Part shown: positions 15,156 to 27,429 of the stretch, in pieces
Position numbering within the stretch: the first letter of the stretch is position 1
Layout: every line of letters starts with the position of its first letter
NCBI RefSeq assembly: GCF_009914755.1
Contig: NC_060936.1
DNA length: 64,000 nt
Source: the human T2T-CHM13v2.0 reference genome, Homo sapiens
Strand: one strand, 5' to 3'
Notes under the pieces: generated by a model
What the model saw: only the letters and a program-made list of their open reading frames with translations
Database searches by the model: none
What the model was told of the DNA's origin: nothing
Translations under genes and position numbers: made by a program

Positions 15156-16682
15156 GTGAGTATGGCTCTAGGGTGGATATCCTTCAAGCCTCAGAGCCCA
15201 GGGTGCCTCCCACCCCACTTCTAGGGGATGCAGAGTTGAGGAACTCTTCCTCTGGAGGCCTCAGAGCTGTGTGTTGACCATGAGGCTTGTTTCTCTGGCA
15301 CACTCCATTGTAATGTTGGGGAGAAAAGAGAGAAGGCACAGTCTGCTACCCCCAGCCTGCCCCTTTGGCTGCACCATATTGAGCTAAGTCTATCCACTTG
15401 CTTATCCCCTATCCATATTGCCAACTCTTATGAAAAAGATCCCTTTCCACCAAGCATGTCTCTCACCTCCTCTAGGAAGCCATCTTAGGTAAACCTCACA
15501 GCAACTTTCCACTCCTTATTCTCCTAGACTTACACGTAGGAATCCACAGCGAGCGCACTATGAGTCAACAATATAGTGTAGCATTCCAAAAGCTTGTTCT
15601 GTCATCACAGAGGCCTAGAGGACAGGCTAAGGAAGATGATTCTACTCTCACCCCACAACTACCCTCCATGGCCCCTACCACCCCCATTCTACATGATAAC
15701 TCTACCTTAGAACAGAAGATCCAGTTCTAGATGCTCTGCATTGAGCAGGGGTTCATATGGGGATAGAAGCACTGTGTCTCCTATGTCCATGCACACATCA
15801 TTAGTTCTCCCAGTTCTCTCTCTCTAAAGAGGAATTGGGATGTAGGGTGGAGGCTGCCACCAACATTTCAAGGATTGCCACAAAACAGAAGGGTTGTTCT
15901 TGTTCTGTGTAAGTCCAAGCAGTAGGACTAGGACCAGCGGATGGACATTAGAAGAAAACAGATTTCTTTCAACTTAACTCACTTATTTCATTAGAACTGT
16001 CCAGACATAGAGAGTTTTGAGAAGTAATGAGCTTATTATAACTCAAGGTATTTAACTATAGGAATGAAGCAACAGATGGGTTATCAACCCAGACAGCCAT
16101 TTAGATTCCTCCCAGCCCTGATCCACATGACTCTAGGGTTTTCGGTTGGTTTGCTTCTTGGGACCTCAGTTTCCTTGGATGGTTATAAGTGTCCCTGGAA
16201 TTCCTTTTACCACTAACATCTGGGCTTTGACTTTCTTCCTCCAGTCTGTAGGATATTGTTGACACACTTCTTGTCTCCGTTTGCATGTCGATCCTGGCAG
16301 GAGCAGGATCTTCTGATTTTCTTATAACCCTTGACTGCAGGCTGGACCCATGTTATGCAAACGAGGAGTTTACTCAGTCATTAATCACTGAGTCTCAAAC
16401 TGGGCTAGTCGCCTACTGCTGCTCAGAGCCTAATTGTCCCAGGCCTGGTACCTGCAAAGGGATGAGATAAGCCTGCTGACCCAGCCTGTCACATCCGGAG
16501 CAGTTTGTGTGGTCAGCTAGGCCTCTGAAGTCCTGCATCAATGTCACATTCATATCCACTGCTTGCCAGGGGTCAGCCACTGTGCTTAGGGGTGCCCAAT
16601 CATTCTTTCGTTTAATTTCTCTAACAGCCATATGAGGTAAGAACTGTTATTAACCCCATTTTACAGACAAAGAGACTCTAGC

Positions 16683-17091
16683 TGTGCCTCTTTCCTAGGA
16701 CTGCTATAACAAACTGCCACAAACTGGGTGGGTGAAAACAATAGAAATGTATTTTCTCACAGTTCTAGAGGACCAAATCCAAAATTAAGGTGCCTGCAAG
16801 GATGTGCTCCCTCTGAAGGCTCTGTGGGAAAATCCTTCCTTTCCTCTTCCAGCTTCTGGTGACTCCAGGCATTCCTGGCCTGCGGCCGCATCACTCCAAT
16901 CTTGCCTCCATCTTCACATGGCCTTCACTTCTGTATCTGTGTCTTCTCCTCTTGCAAGGACATTTGTGGCATTAAGTGGTTAATCTAGGATGATGTTATC
17001 TGGAGATCCTTAATTACATCTGTAAAGACTCTTTTTCTAAATAAGTTGCATCCACAGTTGCATCCAGTCCTTAGGACAGTTCAACCCACTA
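16683..17091 (-). mobile_element. MaLR MLT1B/C-like solo LTR splitting a MIR
   Basis: ctgctataacaaactgccacaaactggg...tctcacagttctagagg...tcaacccacta; MIR halves on both sides. Confidence 0.75.
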
Positions 17092-18021
17092 GGCTGTGAG
17101 GAGTGAAGGCCCTTGCCCAAGGCCACAGAGCTAGTATGTGGCATGGCCAGCACTTGAGCCTATCTCTGTCCTACTCAAGACCTGCACCCTTGACCACTTC
17201 TTGGGGTGCTTATTCTTCCTACAAGGCCCAATCCCAACACCTTGCTTTCCTGTTTATATTACTTCCCACCTGAGAGCCTCCAGCTGTTGACATGAGAACA
17301 GTGCAGACGCCCTGTAATTAAAGCCCTTCTTCTTCAATTGAGGCTCCCATTATCTCCTTGTGTTTGTCTGGCAAGCTCCTCAAGAGATCAATGTCCTCTA
17401 CATGAAACAGTTATGTAAGGATAATAAAGAAGAAGCTACGGAAAAGATGGGGGCTGAGATGTGAAGCTATTACCACTAGAACTATGGCCAGCTTAATTTT
17501 CACAGCAATTCTTCCATGGGCCATTCATGTTTTGTAAAAAAAAATGGCCACCTTGTCTTGGACAAATGACTCCTGATACAGCTGACCTGGGAGATTCTGA
17601 AGGTCTTTTGCTACTCTATCTCAGCAGCATATTCCCATGGGAATTAACTCTATTGCAAGATTGTAAAATTATAGGCCATCAGGGGCCAGGCAGGGAATAA
17701 TATCAACAGGAAGACCCAAATCATATTGCTGCTCTAATGGGGAAATATCTACTCCAACTGACTGGTGCTCTAAGCTATGTCAGCCCAGTGTTGACGGTAC
17801 TCCTGACATTTTAAAAGATATGAAAATTTATGAATTTGTATGTAAATTTTACTAATTTGTAAATGATGGTAATTCATTCCAAAAAGCTCTTTTAAATACT
17901 GGGCTAAAGAAACAAAATAGTCCTGGTGCTAAATCTGGCCCAAGAACAATTATTTCTGCTCAAGTCCTACCAACAAGGACTGTGAAACATTGCCTTTCCT
18001 GAGTTAGTCCCCAGTCCAAAC

Positions 18022-18490
18022 TGTTTTAGTTCATTTGTGCTGCTTTAACAGCACAGAGGATACCTGAGACTGGGTAGCTTATAAGCAACAGAAATTTATT
18101 TCTCACATTCTGGAGGCTGGGCAGTCCAAGATCAAGGCACTGGCTAGTTCTGTGTCTGCTGCAGGTCTGCTTCCTGGTTCACAGACGGTGCCTTCTTGCT
18201 CATTGGTAGAAGGGACAACTGAGTTCCCTTGGGTCTCTGTTTTCTTCTCTTTTCACATCAGAAGGGTAATGTGTCAATGTTGTAACAAGTTTTGAGGGAG
18301 GCACATCTCATAGAATAGTGTGAAAACCCAATATCAAGCTAATGAACCACAAAAGGATCTCTCTTTTATAAGGGCACTAATCCCATTTATAAAGGCTTTG
18401 CCCTCATGAACCTAATGACCTTCTAAAGGCCCCACCTCCTAATACCATAGTGAGGGTTAGGTGGGGGACACAAACATTTAGACTAGAGCA
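18022..18490 (-). mobile_element. MaLR MLT1A-like solo LTR interrupted by the U13 retrocopy
   Basis: agaaatttatttctcacattctggaggctggg...tataagggcactaatccc...ggggacacaaacatttagactagagca. Confidence 0.82.
18254..18358 (-). pseudogene. U13 (SNORD13) C/D-box snoRNA retropseudogene
   Basis: Reverse complement reads atccttttgtggttcattagcttgatattgggttttcac...gagatgtgcctccctcaaaacttgttacaacattgacacattacccttctgatgtg, colinear with U13 as recalled. Box D CTGA is intact; box C is damaged. Confidence 0.88.
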
Positions 18491-18494
18491 GGAG

Positions 18495-19870
18495 GCAAAC
18501 ATGTTGATGGAACAGAGACTGGGTGAGAGGGGAAGGGTCGTAGTGATCAGACAAGGCCTCTCTGCCGAGGTGACTCATTCCTGAATGTTAAGAAGCGGGC
18601 AGCCACATGAAAATCTTGGGGAAAATGTATAAGCAAAAGGAAGAGCAAGCCAGGGGTCCTGGGAAGAGGAAGAGCTTGGCATGTTCTGGGAACTGAAGAG
18701 AGAGCCAGTGTGAATGCAGTAAAGGGAATAAAAGGGAGGTGGTGAGAGGGGCCAGATCACCTTACCCCATGTAGGCTATGCTGTGGAGCTTATATTTTTT
18801 TCCAGTTGTGACTAGGAAGCCACTGGATGATCATGTAGGTCAATGTCAATGTCTGGCTTGGCTCTCAAATCTCATTCTGGCTGCTGTGATGACTATGCAG
18901 GATAGGGGTTCTAAAGCAGAAGCAAGAAGACCATGTAAAAGACTAATGATGCTGACCAAGAAAGACCAGGGTGGTATGACTAGAGCTATAGCAGTGGGTG
19001 TAATAAGAAGTCGCTTGGGCCAGGTGGACATAGTGGCTCATGCCTATAATCCCAGCACTTTGGGGCACTGAGGCAGGAAGTTCACTTGAGCTCAGGAGTT
19101 TGAGACCAGCTTGGAGAGAGAGGGAGATAAATCACTGGACAGGGGATGTATTTTGGAGATAACCAATAAGACCTGCTGATAGACTGGATATGGGAAATAC
19201 AAGGAAAAGGAATCAAGGACACTATCTAGATTTTTTGTTGAGACATGTTGGTTCTACTCATGAAGATAAGGATGGCTTAGGAGGAAATGTTGAGTGAAAT
19301 ATCAACAGGTCTGTCTTTTTGTTGAGTTTGAGTTGCTTGGTAGCCATTCAAGTGAAGATTTCCAGTGAAATGTAAGCCTGAAGGAGAGATCATGACAGAG
19401 GTACAAACATAGCGGTCATTGGCACACAGATGGTATTTAAACACAGGGGACTGACTGAAGCACAAGATGAAAGGTAGAGGCAAAGACGGGGCAGGTGGAG
19501 GGGCCCTGGATATTAAGCCATTGAGCAGAGGAAGAAGTACTTACGGAGAAGCCTCAGTAAAAAAGCCCACAATGTGGAAGGAAAACCACTTATCAAGTAT
19601 AGTGTCAACAGAGACCAAGAGAAGAAAATGTTTCAAGAGGAGTGATTGTACAGGCAAAGGATGTTGAGATGTCACCTATGTTGAGAGAAGAGAACTGACC
19701 ACTGCCTTCTCAAGGTCTCAATTCTTGAAGACAAGATCAAGGTGGAGGCTTGTGTAAAAGTGGCACCAAGAGCCTGGAAGTAAGTTGAGAAGAAAATTGG
19801 AAGTAAGGAAAGTAGAAACATAGACATTTGCAAGGATCTTCCTGGGCAAATAAATGGGTAGTTAATGGAG
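18495..19870 (-). mobile_element. L2 LINE fragment(s), containing a truncated Alu monomer at ~19018-19114 (+)
   Basis: Purine-rich antisense L2 motifs (aaggcctctctg...ggaagagcttggcatgttc...ggccagatca...ggtatttaa); boundaries approximate. Confidence 0.6.
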
Positions 19871-20499
19871 AAGGATGTGGACTAAAGTAAGTAATGTTCC
19901 TAACACTTTACCCTGGAAAATTTTAAACCTACATGAAACTAGAGCAACTAATACATGAACCCATCTGTACCTGACACTCAGGTGAAAGAGTCAACTCATG
20001 GTCAGTCTTTGTTCATCTATACCTAGTACGTTCTCTTAAAGGAAAAAAAAAGGAGTTTGGCTTTTTTCAAGATGAGTAATATGAAGGCATGTTTTTGTGC
20101 TGGGGAGTATGATCTGATAGAGGGGAGGAAACCACTCCTGAAGGAGAGCAGGTTGTTGTTACAGGAGGGGGTGAGAGGGAGTGGGACCCAGACCCCAGGT
20201 GGAGACATCACCCTCAGATAGAAGCAGACGTAGTGTCGGTCAGTATATTAGTCAGTGATGAACTAGTGAGTCCATTAATGAGTCAGTCCATTAGTTAGTT
20301 AGTTGTTAGTACACTTGTTAAATAAGGAAAGCACAGTCCGTGAGTTCAGACCCAAACAAGTGGTGAAGCTCAGGATGGGGAGATGAGGTGGTTCTTGTTA
20401 CCTGTGTCTCTTTTCTCCATGAGGCACAAGTGGGGCTCATCAACTAAGATGAGAGGACAGTAATTGAGAGTTGAGAAAGGTGAGGAGTGGAATGTCATC

Positions 20500-20854
20500 T
20501 GTATTAGTCAATTTTCACGCTGCTGATAAAGACATACTCCAGACTGGGCAACTTACAAAAGAAAGGTTTATTGGGCTTACAGTTCCCCATGGCTGGGGAG
20601 GTCTCATAATCATGGTGGAAGGTGACAAGCATGTCTCACATGGTGGCAGATAAGAGAAGGGAGCTTGTGCAGGGAAACTCCCATTTTTAAAACCATCAGA
20701 TCTCCTGAGATTCATTCACTATTACAAGAAGAGCACAGGAAAGACCTGCCCCACAATTCAATCACTTCCTACCAGGTTCCTCCATGACACATGAGAATTG
20801 TGGGAGTTATAATTCAAAATGAGATTTGGGTGGGAACACAGGCAAACCGTAACA
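20500..20854 (-). mobile_element. THE1 (THE1B/C-like) solo LTR with 5-bp TSD TCATC
   Basis: tgtattagtc...gctgctgataaagacatac...gagatttgggtggg...accgtaaca; TCATC at 20495-20499 and 20855-20859. Confidence 0.92.
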
Positions 20855-22288
20855 TCATCTCTAGAGAGAGGGAAATTAAATGTACTGCAAAAGTGCAAGC
20901 ATCTGTGTACATACCTTTGAAGGGAGTCCAGATAGCATGTATCGTGACTTTCTCAGGCAATGCACCGCCAGCCCGGCAGACCCAGAGAAGTTAGAGTGGG
21001 GCCCAGGAGGGCTAGGGATTTGCCAAGCCATAGTGATGGAGGGAGAGAAGAGCCAGGGAGGGTCACAGTGTTCCACCTTGCCAGCTGGCTGGGGTTCGAG
21101 GGGACTGAGTGGGTGGGCAGGAATGCTGGGGAGAAAGAAGTAAGCTCAAAGGAGGGGAGGTTCCTGTGGACCAAAGGAGGTTGGAGACTGCAGTATTAGA
21201 AGAGATAAGTTGAAATGATAAAAGTTGGTGGCCAGAGAGAGAGGGATGCTTGAAATGGAGCTCTCAGGAGCAGTCAGTGCACTTTAATGTTGACTGCAAA
21301 GCCAGGGGATGGGGACAGGGGTGGTAGAGGCCGTTGACAAGGGTATTGACACTGCCACGGACGGCAACATCAAGAATGAAGGGAAAGGCGGTGATCCAGG
21401 CAACACCATTAGGACCAAAGAGTAAAAATTGGTAAAGGATTATGGATACTATGTGTTTAAAGGATGAGGGTGTTTGGAAGTGACAATGTACAGTAAGAAA
21501 GACACTCTCCCAGCACAGCCAGGACATTGCCACTTCAATCCCTCACCAGTGTGGAGGTAGTGGAGGAAAACAGCTTCACTTGAGGGGCATAGGAAGGGCA
21601 ATGTTTGCAGGAGACAAAGACCTCTGCAGGAAGAGGTGAAGGGAGCTTACTAAGGTGAGAATGTCAGAAAGTTGCTAATGGCAATGACTTTGAGAAAGCA
21701 CGGGGAAGGGTTTGTGAGGAAGGGGCCTATGGGGTCAGGTGATGCGTGTGTAGAGGAACATGGGGTGAGTGTCCCTGCAGTGAGCGTTCCCATGGATGTT
21801 AGCTTTGAACCGTGCTTTGCTTTGTTTGTATTTTAGGTCTCTGCCCATCTTCCACAACTTATAAGCTCTTTGAGGGCTGGGACAATGTGTTCTATTTTGT
21901 ACCACCTGCCTTCTCTCTGATAATGGTTACCTTTTCCTATGATCAGAGTTTAGCTTAAAGCTGGGAAGTATCAAACAGGTGGGGTCTTCCTAGTTAATAC
22001 CTGGATGCTGAGAAATTTCCAATTTGGCAACTCTGGGCTTACCTGTACAGGGCTGGAGATCTGCTCAAAGGGACCTGTCATCTTAGGATACAAGGCCAGG
22101 TGAATAAGATGCCCCTATGAGCATAGGGAATTGGAAGGCAAGCTCAGGAAAAGGATAAACAATACAAATGAATCAAAGAGAGTGAGACAAAAAATGAATT
22201 CAAACGCAGAATTGCTTTGTAAATATCGGTAGAGCTGGCAAACTAACTGGTCTAATCCCCATCCCTTGCCCCTTGGCAATTTTACCAG

Positions 22289-22408
22289 AAAAATGGCGGC
22301 TGTAGTGAATTTGCCATCTGCAACCACACTGGGCAAGTAGAAAGGACTTGTACTTGCAAGCCAAACTACATTGGAGATGGATTTACCTGCCGCGGCAGCA
22401 TTTATCAG
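22289..22408 (+). CDS. STAB2: STAB2 exon w11 (120 nt, 0-0): [11 protein letters not shown]...CRGSIYQ
   Basis: taccag|AAAAAT ... TATCAG|gtaacg. Confidence 0.95.
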
Positions 22409-22843
22409 GTAACGCGAGACATGTTTCCATCAAGTAAACTCTACTTCCCTAAAAATGCCAAGAATCCAGGTAGCTAAGGAGTATTTAAGAGCTTGGTGAA
22501 ATGTAAAGCGCTATAAAAATATGAAAGGCAATTTTACATAAATCAGCAATGAAAAGAAATTTTGTCTTCCTCTGGGAATTCATTTGACCTGAGGAAGAGT
22601 GTAATGTAGGGATTAAGGTGGACCGACAGCTCTGGAGTCAGAAACACTTGGGTTTGAATTCAGTTCTCCTGGTTGGTAATGTGACTTTGAGCATATTATG
22701 TCACCTCTCTGTATATCAATTTTCCAATCTGTAAAAGAAAATAATGGTGGTACAAACTGCATCAGGTTGTTAAAATAAGGTAATATGTGCAAAGGACACA
22801 GAGTGCTCAATAGCTCAACCACATTACCATGGCGTGGATTGCA

Positions 22844-22992
22844 GTGTGTGCATGTGTGCGTGTGCATGTGTGCGTGCACGTGTTAATGTGTGTACACGTG
22901 TGTGTGCATGTGTGTACGTGTGTGTGCTTGTGTGTGCATGCAGGTGCATATGTGCATGTGTGTATGCACGTGTGTGTGCATGTGTGTGTGTA
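22844..22992. repeat. Degenerate (TG/CA/CG) purine-pyrimidine alternating tract
   Basis: gtgtgtgcatgtgtgcgtgtgcatg... over ~150 nt. Confidence 0.92.
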
Positions 22993-23429
22993 CTGAGCAT
23001 AGTGGTTGAGGCAAGGTGATATTTGCAGCTTTCTATTATAAAGTAAATGTTCAGTTATTTAAAGAGGGACAAAAATGTTCCGGCTGATCAAATATTGTTA
23101 CTAGAGTAACCAAATCTGCCATAAACCTATAACTGATTTTTTTTAAATATTTGAAAGTCAGAAAATGCTCTTAAAGTTCAGATACTTCTGGAAATGGCTG
23201 AACCTTTCTTTCATAAATCAGATGGCGATTCCAGAAAGGTTATAGAATTCACACTATGTCCACATAGTCATTCTGAACGTTAATTGTCAGCCTACAGATG
23301 AAGCTCCAAAAAGGCCCGGTGTTACAGATTTCCAGCTGAAGGGATGGCAGAGAAATCATCCCATGACAACCCTGTATTGTTCTAATATATATTTCACAGG
23401 CATTAAGTGAAACTACTCTTTGTTTGCAG

Positions 23430-23477
23430 GAGCTTCCCAAGAACCCGAAAACTTCCCAGTATTTCTTCCAGTTGCAG
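23430..23477 (+). CDS. STAB2: STAB2 exon w12 (48 nt, 0-0): ELPKNPKTSQYFFQLQ, FAS1 start
   Basis: ttgcag|GAGCTT ... TTGCAG|gtagga. Confidence 0.93.
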
Positions 23478-23520
23478 GTAGGAAATATACATGTCTGTCT
23501 AGCCATAAGAGTTCAGCCTA

Positions 23521-23815
23521 GGCCAGGTGCAGTGGCTCACACCTGTAATTCCAACACTTTGGGAGGCCAAGGCGGGCAGATTGCCTGAGCTCAGGAGTTC
23601 GAGACCAGTCTGGGGAACATGGCAAAACCCCGTCTCTTTTAAAAATACAAAAAAGATTAGCTGGGCATGGTGGCGCAGGCCTGTAGTCCCAGCTACTTGG
23701 AAACTGAGGCGTGAGAATTGCTTGAACCTGTGAGGCAGAGGTTGCAGTGAGCTGAGATCATGCCACTGCACTCCAGCCTAGGTGACAGAGTGAGACACTG
23801 TCTCAAAAATAAATA
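23521..23815 (+). mobile_element. Alu (AluS-like), TSD aagagttcagcct, 43 nt downstream of the w12 donor
   Basis: Full dimer plus TSD. Confidence 0.95.
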
Positions 23816-24580
23816 AAGAGTTCAGCCTCAAGCCAAATACAGGATAAACTGGTGGCCTCTAGAGTTGGTGAGGGTAGAAGAAAGTCTGGGACCCTGGATT
23901 TCTAGAATTTTCTACATAAGAATGTAGTACATGAAAAGACTCCCATCACACTGGTAGAGAAAAAGGTGTGACTGGGACAGCTAGTTAACACTTGGGGTAA
24001 AAATTAAGTTTGATCTTTCTGCACATCATACATCTGAATGAGATTCAGATATAAGAATAAAATATAAAAAACTAAAATAAAATCATAAAAATGTAAGAAA
24101 TAAGATTTTAATAAAATCATTAAAAACTAGAAGAAAATATGCTCATAGTAACCATATGATCTTAGAATTGCAAGAAGACAATTATAACAGTTAAGTATAT
24201 CAACTCACGTTTTATGTTTGTATTATTATCCTAATGATATAAAATACTGATATGTGCAAGAGACATTGGAAAAAAATACCTGAAAATAGTAAGAGCTGCT
24301 TCTAGGTGGTGGGACTAGGGAGGCAGCTATTATTTTTTTCTTTGTGCTGTATTTTCAAAATCTTTAATACAATAAACGTGTTAATTTTATAATGAGAAGA
24401 AAACCACACACAATTTCAACGACGGAGAATCTGGGTTTCATTTGAATCCAAGACTGAAACAGAGGTCTCCTCATCCAGTCTTTGCTTCACCCAGGTGCCA
24501 TCATCTCTGGTATTAGTTTGAGCCCCGGCATGTATTGATGTTAAGTGAGTGATGTGTGAGCCTCACCTTTCTTCCCACAG

Positions 24581-24664
24581 GAGCATTTCGTGAAAGATCT
24601 GGTCGGCCCAGGCCCCTTCACTGTTTTTGCACCTTTATCTGCAGCCTTTGATGAGGAAGCTCGG
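24581..24664 (+). CDS. STAB2: STAB2 exon w13 (84 nt, 0-0): [28 protein letters not shown] (FAS1 H1 motif)
   Basis: ccacag|GAGCAT ... GCTCGG|gtgagc; TVFAP motif. Confidence 0.95.
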
Positions 24665-25463
24665 GTGAGCATGAGACTGTGGGCAGAAGGGGGAGGTCTG
24701 CGGCTGGAACATAGTCCTTGGGCCTCGCCCTGGAACCAAGACTGGAGATGTTTCTAAGCAGGAGCTCTGAGATCAGGTGGAACTCACCAGCAATAGAAGG
24801 GGCTGCCTCTTGGCACAGGGACCCCTGTCAGGGGAAACATTCAGGTGGATTTGGGGTAACCACTGGCCAGAGACTTTCTAAAGGACATTCCTGAACAAAG
24901 TATGAGGTTGGAGAAGATTAACAATTCTCAAGTGATTTAGACCTCCTATAGACAAAAAACAGGGGAGTGGAGGGAGAGATGCTGGGTTAAAGAGATTTAA
25001 ATAGATTCTTTTCTTGCAGGATTTATCAGAGCCTTTACTGTTCTAATATTCACGGGGGCTCTTCATACTGGATTGCCCATTCATAATAATGATGGGTAAC
25101 ATTTACTGTGAGTGTCCAACACTGTTCTGAGTACCCGGCTTAGAATGACTCATTTGGTCCTCACAACAACCCTGTGAGTTCTGCTGTGATCCTCATTTTA
25201 CAGCTGTGAATACTGAGGGAAGTAGCTTTCCCAAGATCACATGACTAGCAGGGGGTGGAGCAAAGACCCAAACCTGGGCCCGTGTACTTAACCACTGTAC
25301 ACCCAGCCTCTCCATGCCTGTATTTTGGACACCAGCAAAGCAGAGGCACAAAAATAGTTTTTGAAAGAACTTGACACTTTATAATTCAAAATAAAAAGCC
25401 ATTAAAGGAGTTATGAAACAATGAGAATTTTGTGGGCTTTTGATTATTTACTTTATGTTAATA

Positions 25464-25723
25464 TTGTTTGATTGTTTGTTTTTGAGACAGGGTCTTGCTC
25501 TGTCACCCAGGCTGGAGTGCAGTGCCATGATCTCGGCTCACTGCAGCCTCTACCTCCTGGGTTCAAGTGATTCTCATGCCTCAGCCTCCGGAGTAGTATT
25601 TTTAGTAGAGATGGTGTTTTACCATGTGGGCCAGGCTGGTCTCGAACTCCTGGCCTCAAGTGATCCACCCGCCTCGGCCTCCCAGAGTGCTGGGATTACA
25701 GGCATGAGCCACTGCACCCAGCC
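25464..25723 (-). mobile_element. Alu with internal deletion
   Basis: ...cctcagcctccggagtag|tatttttagtagag... lacks the ctgggattacagg-ctaatttt segment. Confidence 0.92.
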
Positions 25724-26162
25724 TTGTTTGTATTTTGAATTCCAAATGGAGATACGTCATGATCTTCCCACTACTAAAGGTTTAAATCTGGCACTGATAC
25801 CTCTCCAAGAGGGCTATATACTATGCAGTGTTTCCCAGCATGTTTCACAAGAAAATTCTTTTTTGAGGATCATCTCACAGAACTTGGGATCTTTGCAACA
25901 TGTATTGTGAAATCCAGGCCAGAGGAACCCCATGTTCCTTCCACACTGATATTCCACAATGGAGGCAAGAAAGGAGCTAGAGTCACTTCCTCCCTTTTGT
26001 CTGAACAGCCTCCACTCTATAATCCTGACCACAAAGCTTACTTCCCAGAGTCTGGGTGGGCCGAGAGGTGTGGAAGAGAGAATGGAGGACAGGAGAGCCA
26101 AATGGCACATTGCAGCAAAAGACTCCTGCCTCTGGCTGAAACCCTCTGATCTTCTGTTACAG

Positions 26163-26309
26163 GTTAAAGACTGGGACAAATACGGTTTAATGCCCCAGGT
26201 TCTTCGGTACCATGTGGTCGCCTGCCACCAGCTGCTTCTGGAAAACCTGAAATTGATCTCAAATGCTACTTCCCTCCAAGGAGAGCCAATAGTCATCTCC
26301 GTCTCTCAG
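26163..26309 (+). CDS. STAB2: STAB2 exon w14 (147 nt, 0-0): VKDWDKY...LRYHVV...ISVSQ
   Basis: ttacag|GTTAAA ... TCTCAG|gtagat; FAS1 YH motif. Confidence 0.95.
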
Positions 26310-26344
26310 GTAGATGCCAGTTATCCTTAGGTCCTCTCTCCCCT

Positions 26345-26667
26345 AGATCATGTCCTTTGCAGGAACCTGGATGGAGCTGGAGGCCATCATCCTCAGCAAA
26401 CTAATGCAGGAACAGAAAACCCAATGCTGCATGTCCTCACTTACAAGTGGGAGCTAAATAATGAGAATTCACGGACACATAGAGGGGAACAATACACACT
26501 GGGGCCTAGTGGAGGGTGGAGAGTGGGAGGAGGGAGAGGATCATGAAAAATAACTAATAGGTACTAGGCTTAATACCTGGGTGATGAAATAATCTCTACA
26601 ACAAACCCCCATGACACAAGTTTACCTGTGTAGCAAACCTGCATATGTTCCCCTGAACATAAAAGTT
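26345..26667 (+). mobile_element. L1PA (older primate, L1PA13-16-like) 5'-truncated 3' end
   Basis: atcatgtcctttgcagg...ggatggagctggaggccatcatcctcagcaaacta...aacctgcatatgttcccctgaac. Confidence 0.9.
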
Positions 26668-27429
26668 GTTTGCTTTTTTTTTAAACAAAGTAAGTGCCTT
26701 ATCCTTAGGTCCTCTTTCTCTTTTTTTCCTTAAAGTAATATAAGAAATAATAATAACATACGTTAAGTGATTTCTGTATGCAGGCACTTAGTATTTGATG
26801 TGTACTAACTCATTTAATCTGCAAAATACTCCCTTGATATAGACAGTGTTAATCCTTAATTTCCGAATAAGAAAACTGAGCTCAGAAAGGTTAAGTAACT
26901 TGTCCAAGGTCACACAAAGAGCAAATATTAAAGCCAGGATTAAAACTCAAGGGCAGGCCTCTCCAAGTAGTAAATAGAACTGCTTTTGGTAGCATTAGTC
27001 AGAAGCTGGGAAGGTTTGAAAGCTTTTGATCCAAGCCACTTGACCAGACTGGTCCAGTCCCTCCCTACTACAGAGAAAAAAATGGTGACTGTAGAATTCC
27101 TTGCAGAAGGAAAAAAGCCAGGGGAGGAGGTATAGAACAAATATAAAAGAGAAGCCAATTTTGAGCTGCTTGCTTATTTCACATTGGAGAATCATATTGA
27201 AATTACTGTTTTAGATGATTCTATGTTATAATTAACTTCTCCAGGTGAAAGTTACATTTTTATCTCTGTTTTCACTTTATAATCATAATAAAAATACACT
27301 CAAGTATTAACTTGGATATTCAGTTTTTGCTCCTGATAATTTGACACATTGGTAAAGCATTCTGTGAGAAGCAATTTTGTGTCTATTTCACTTTGCACTC
27401 ATTTCTTTTTTGTTTTTGGTTGATTTCAG

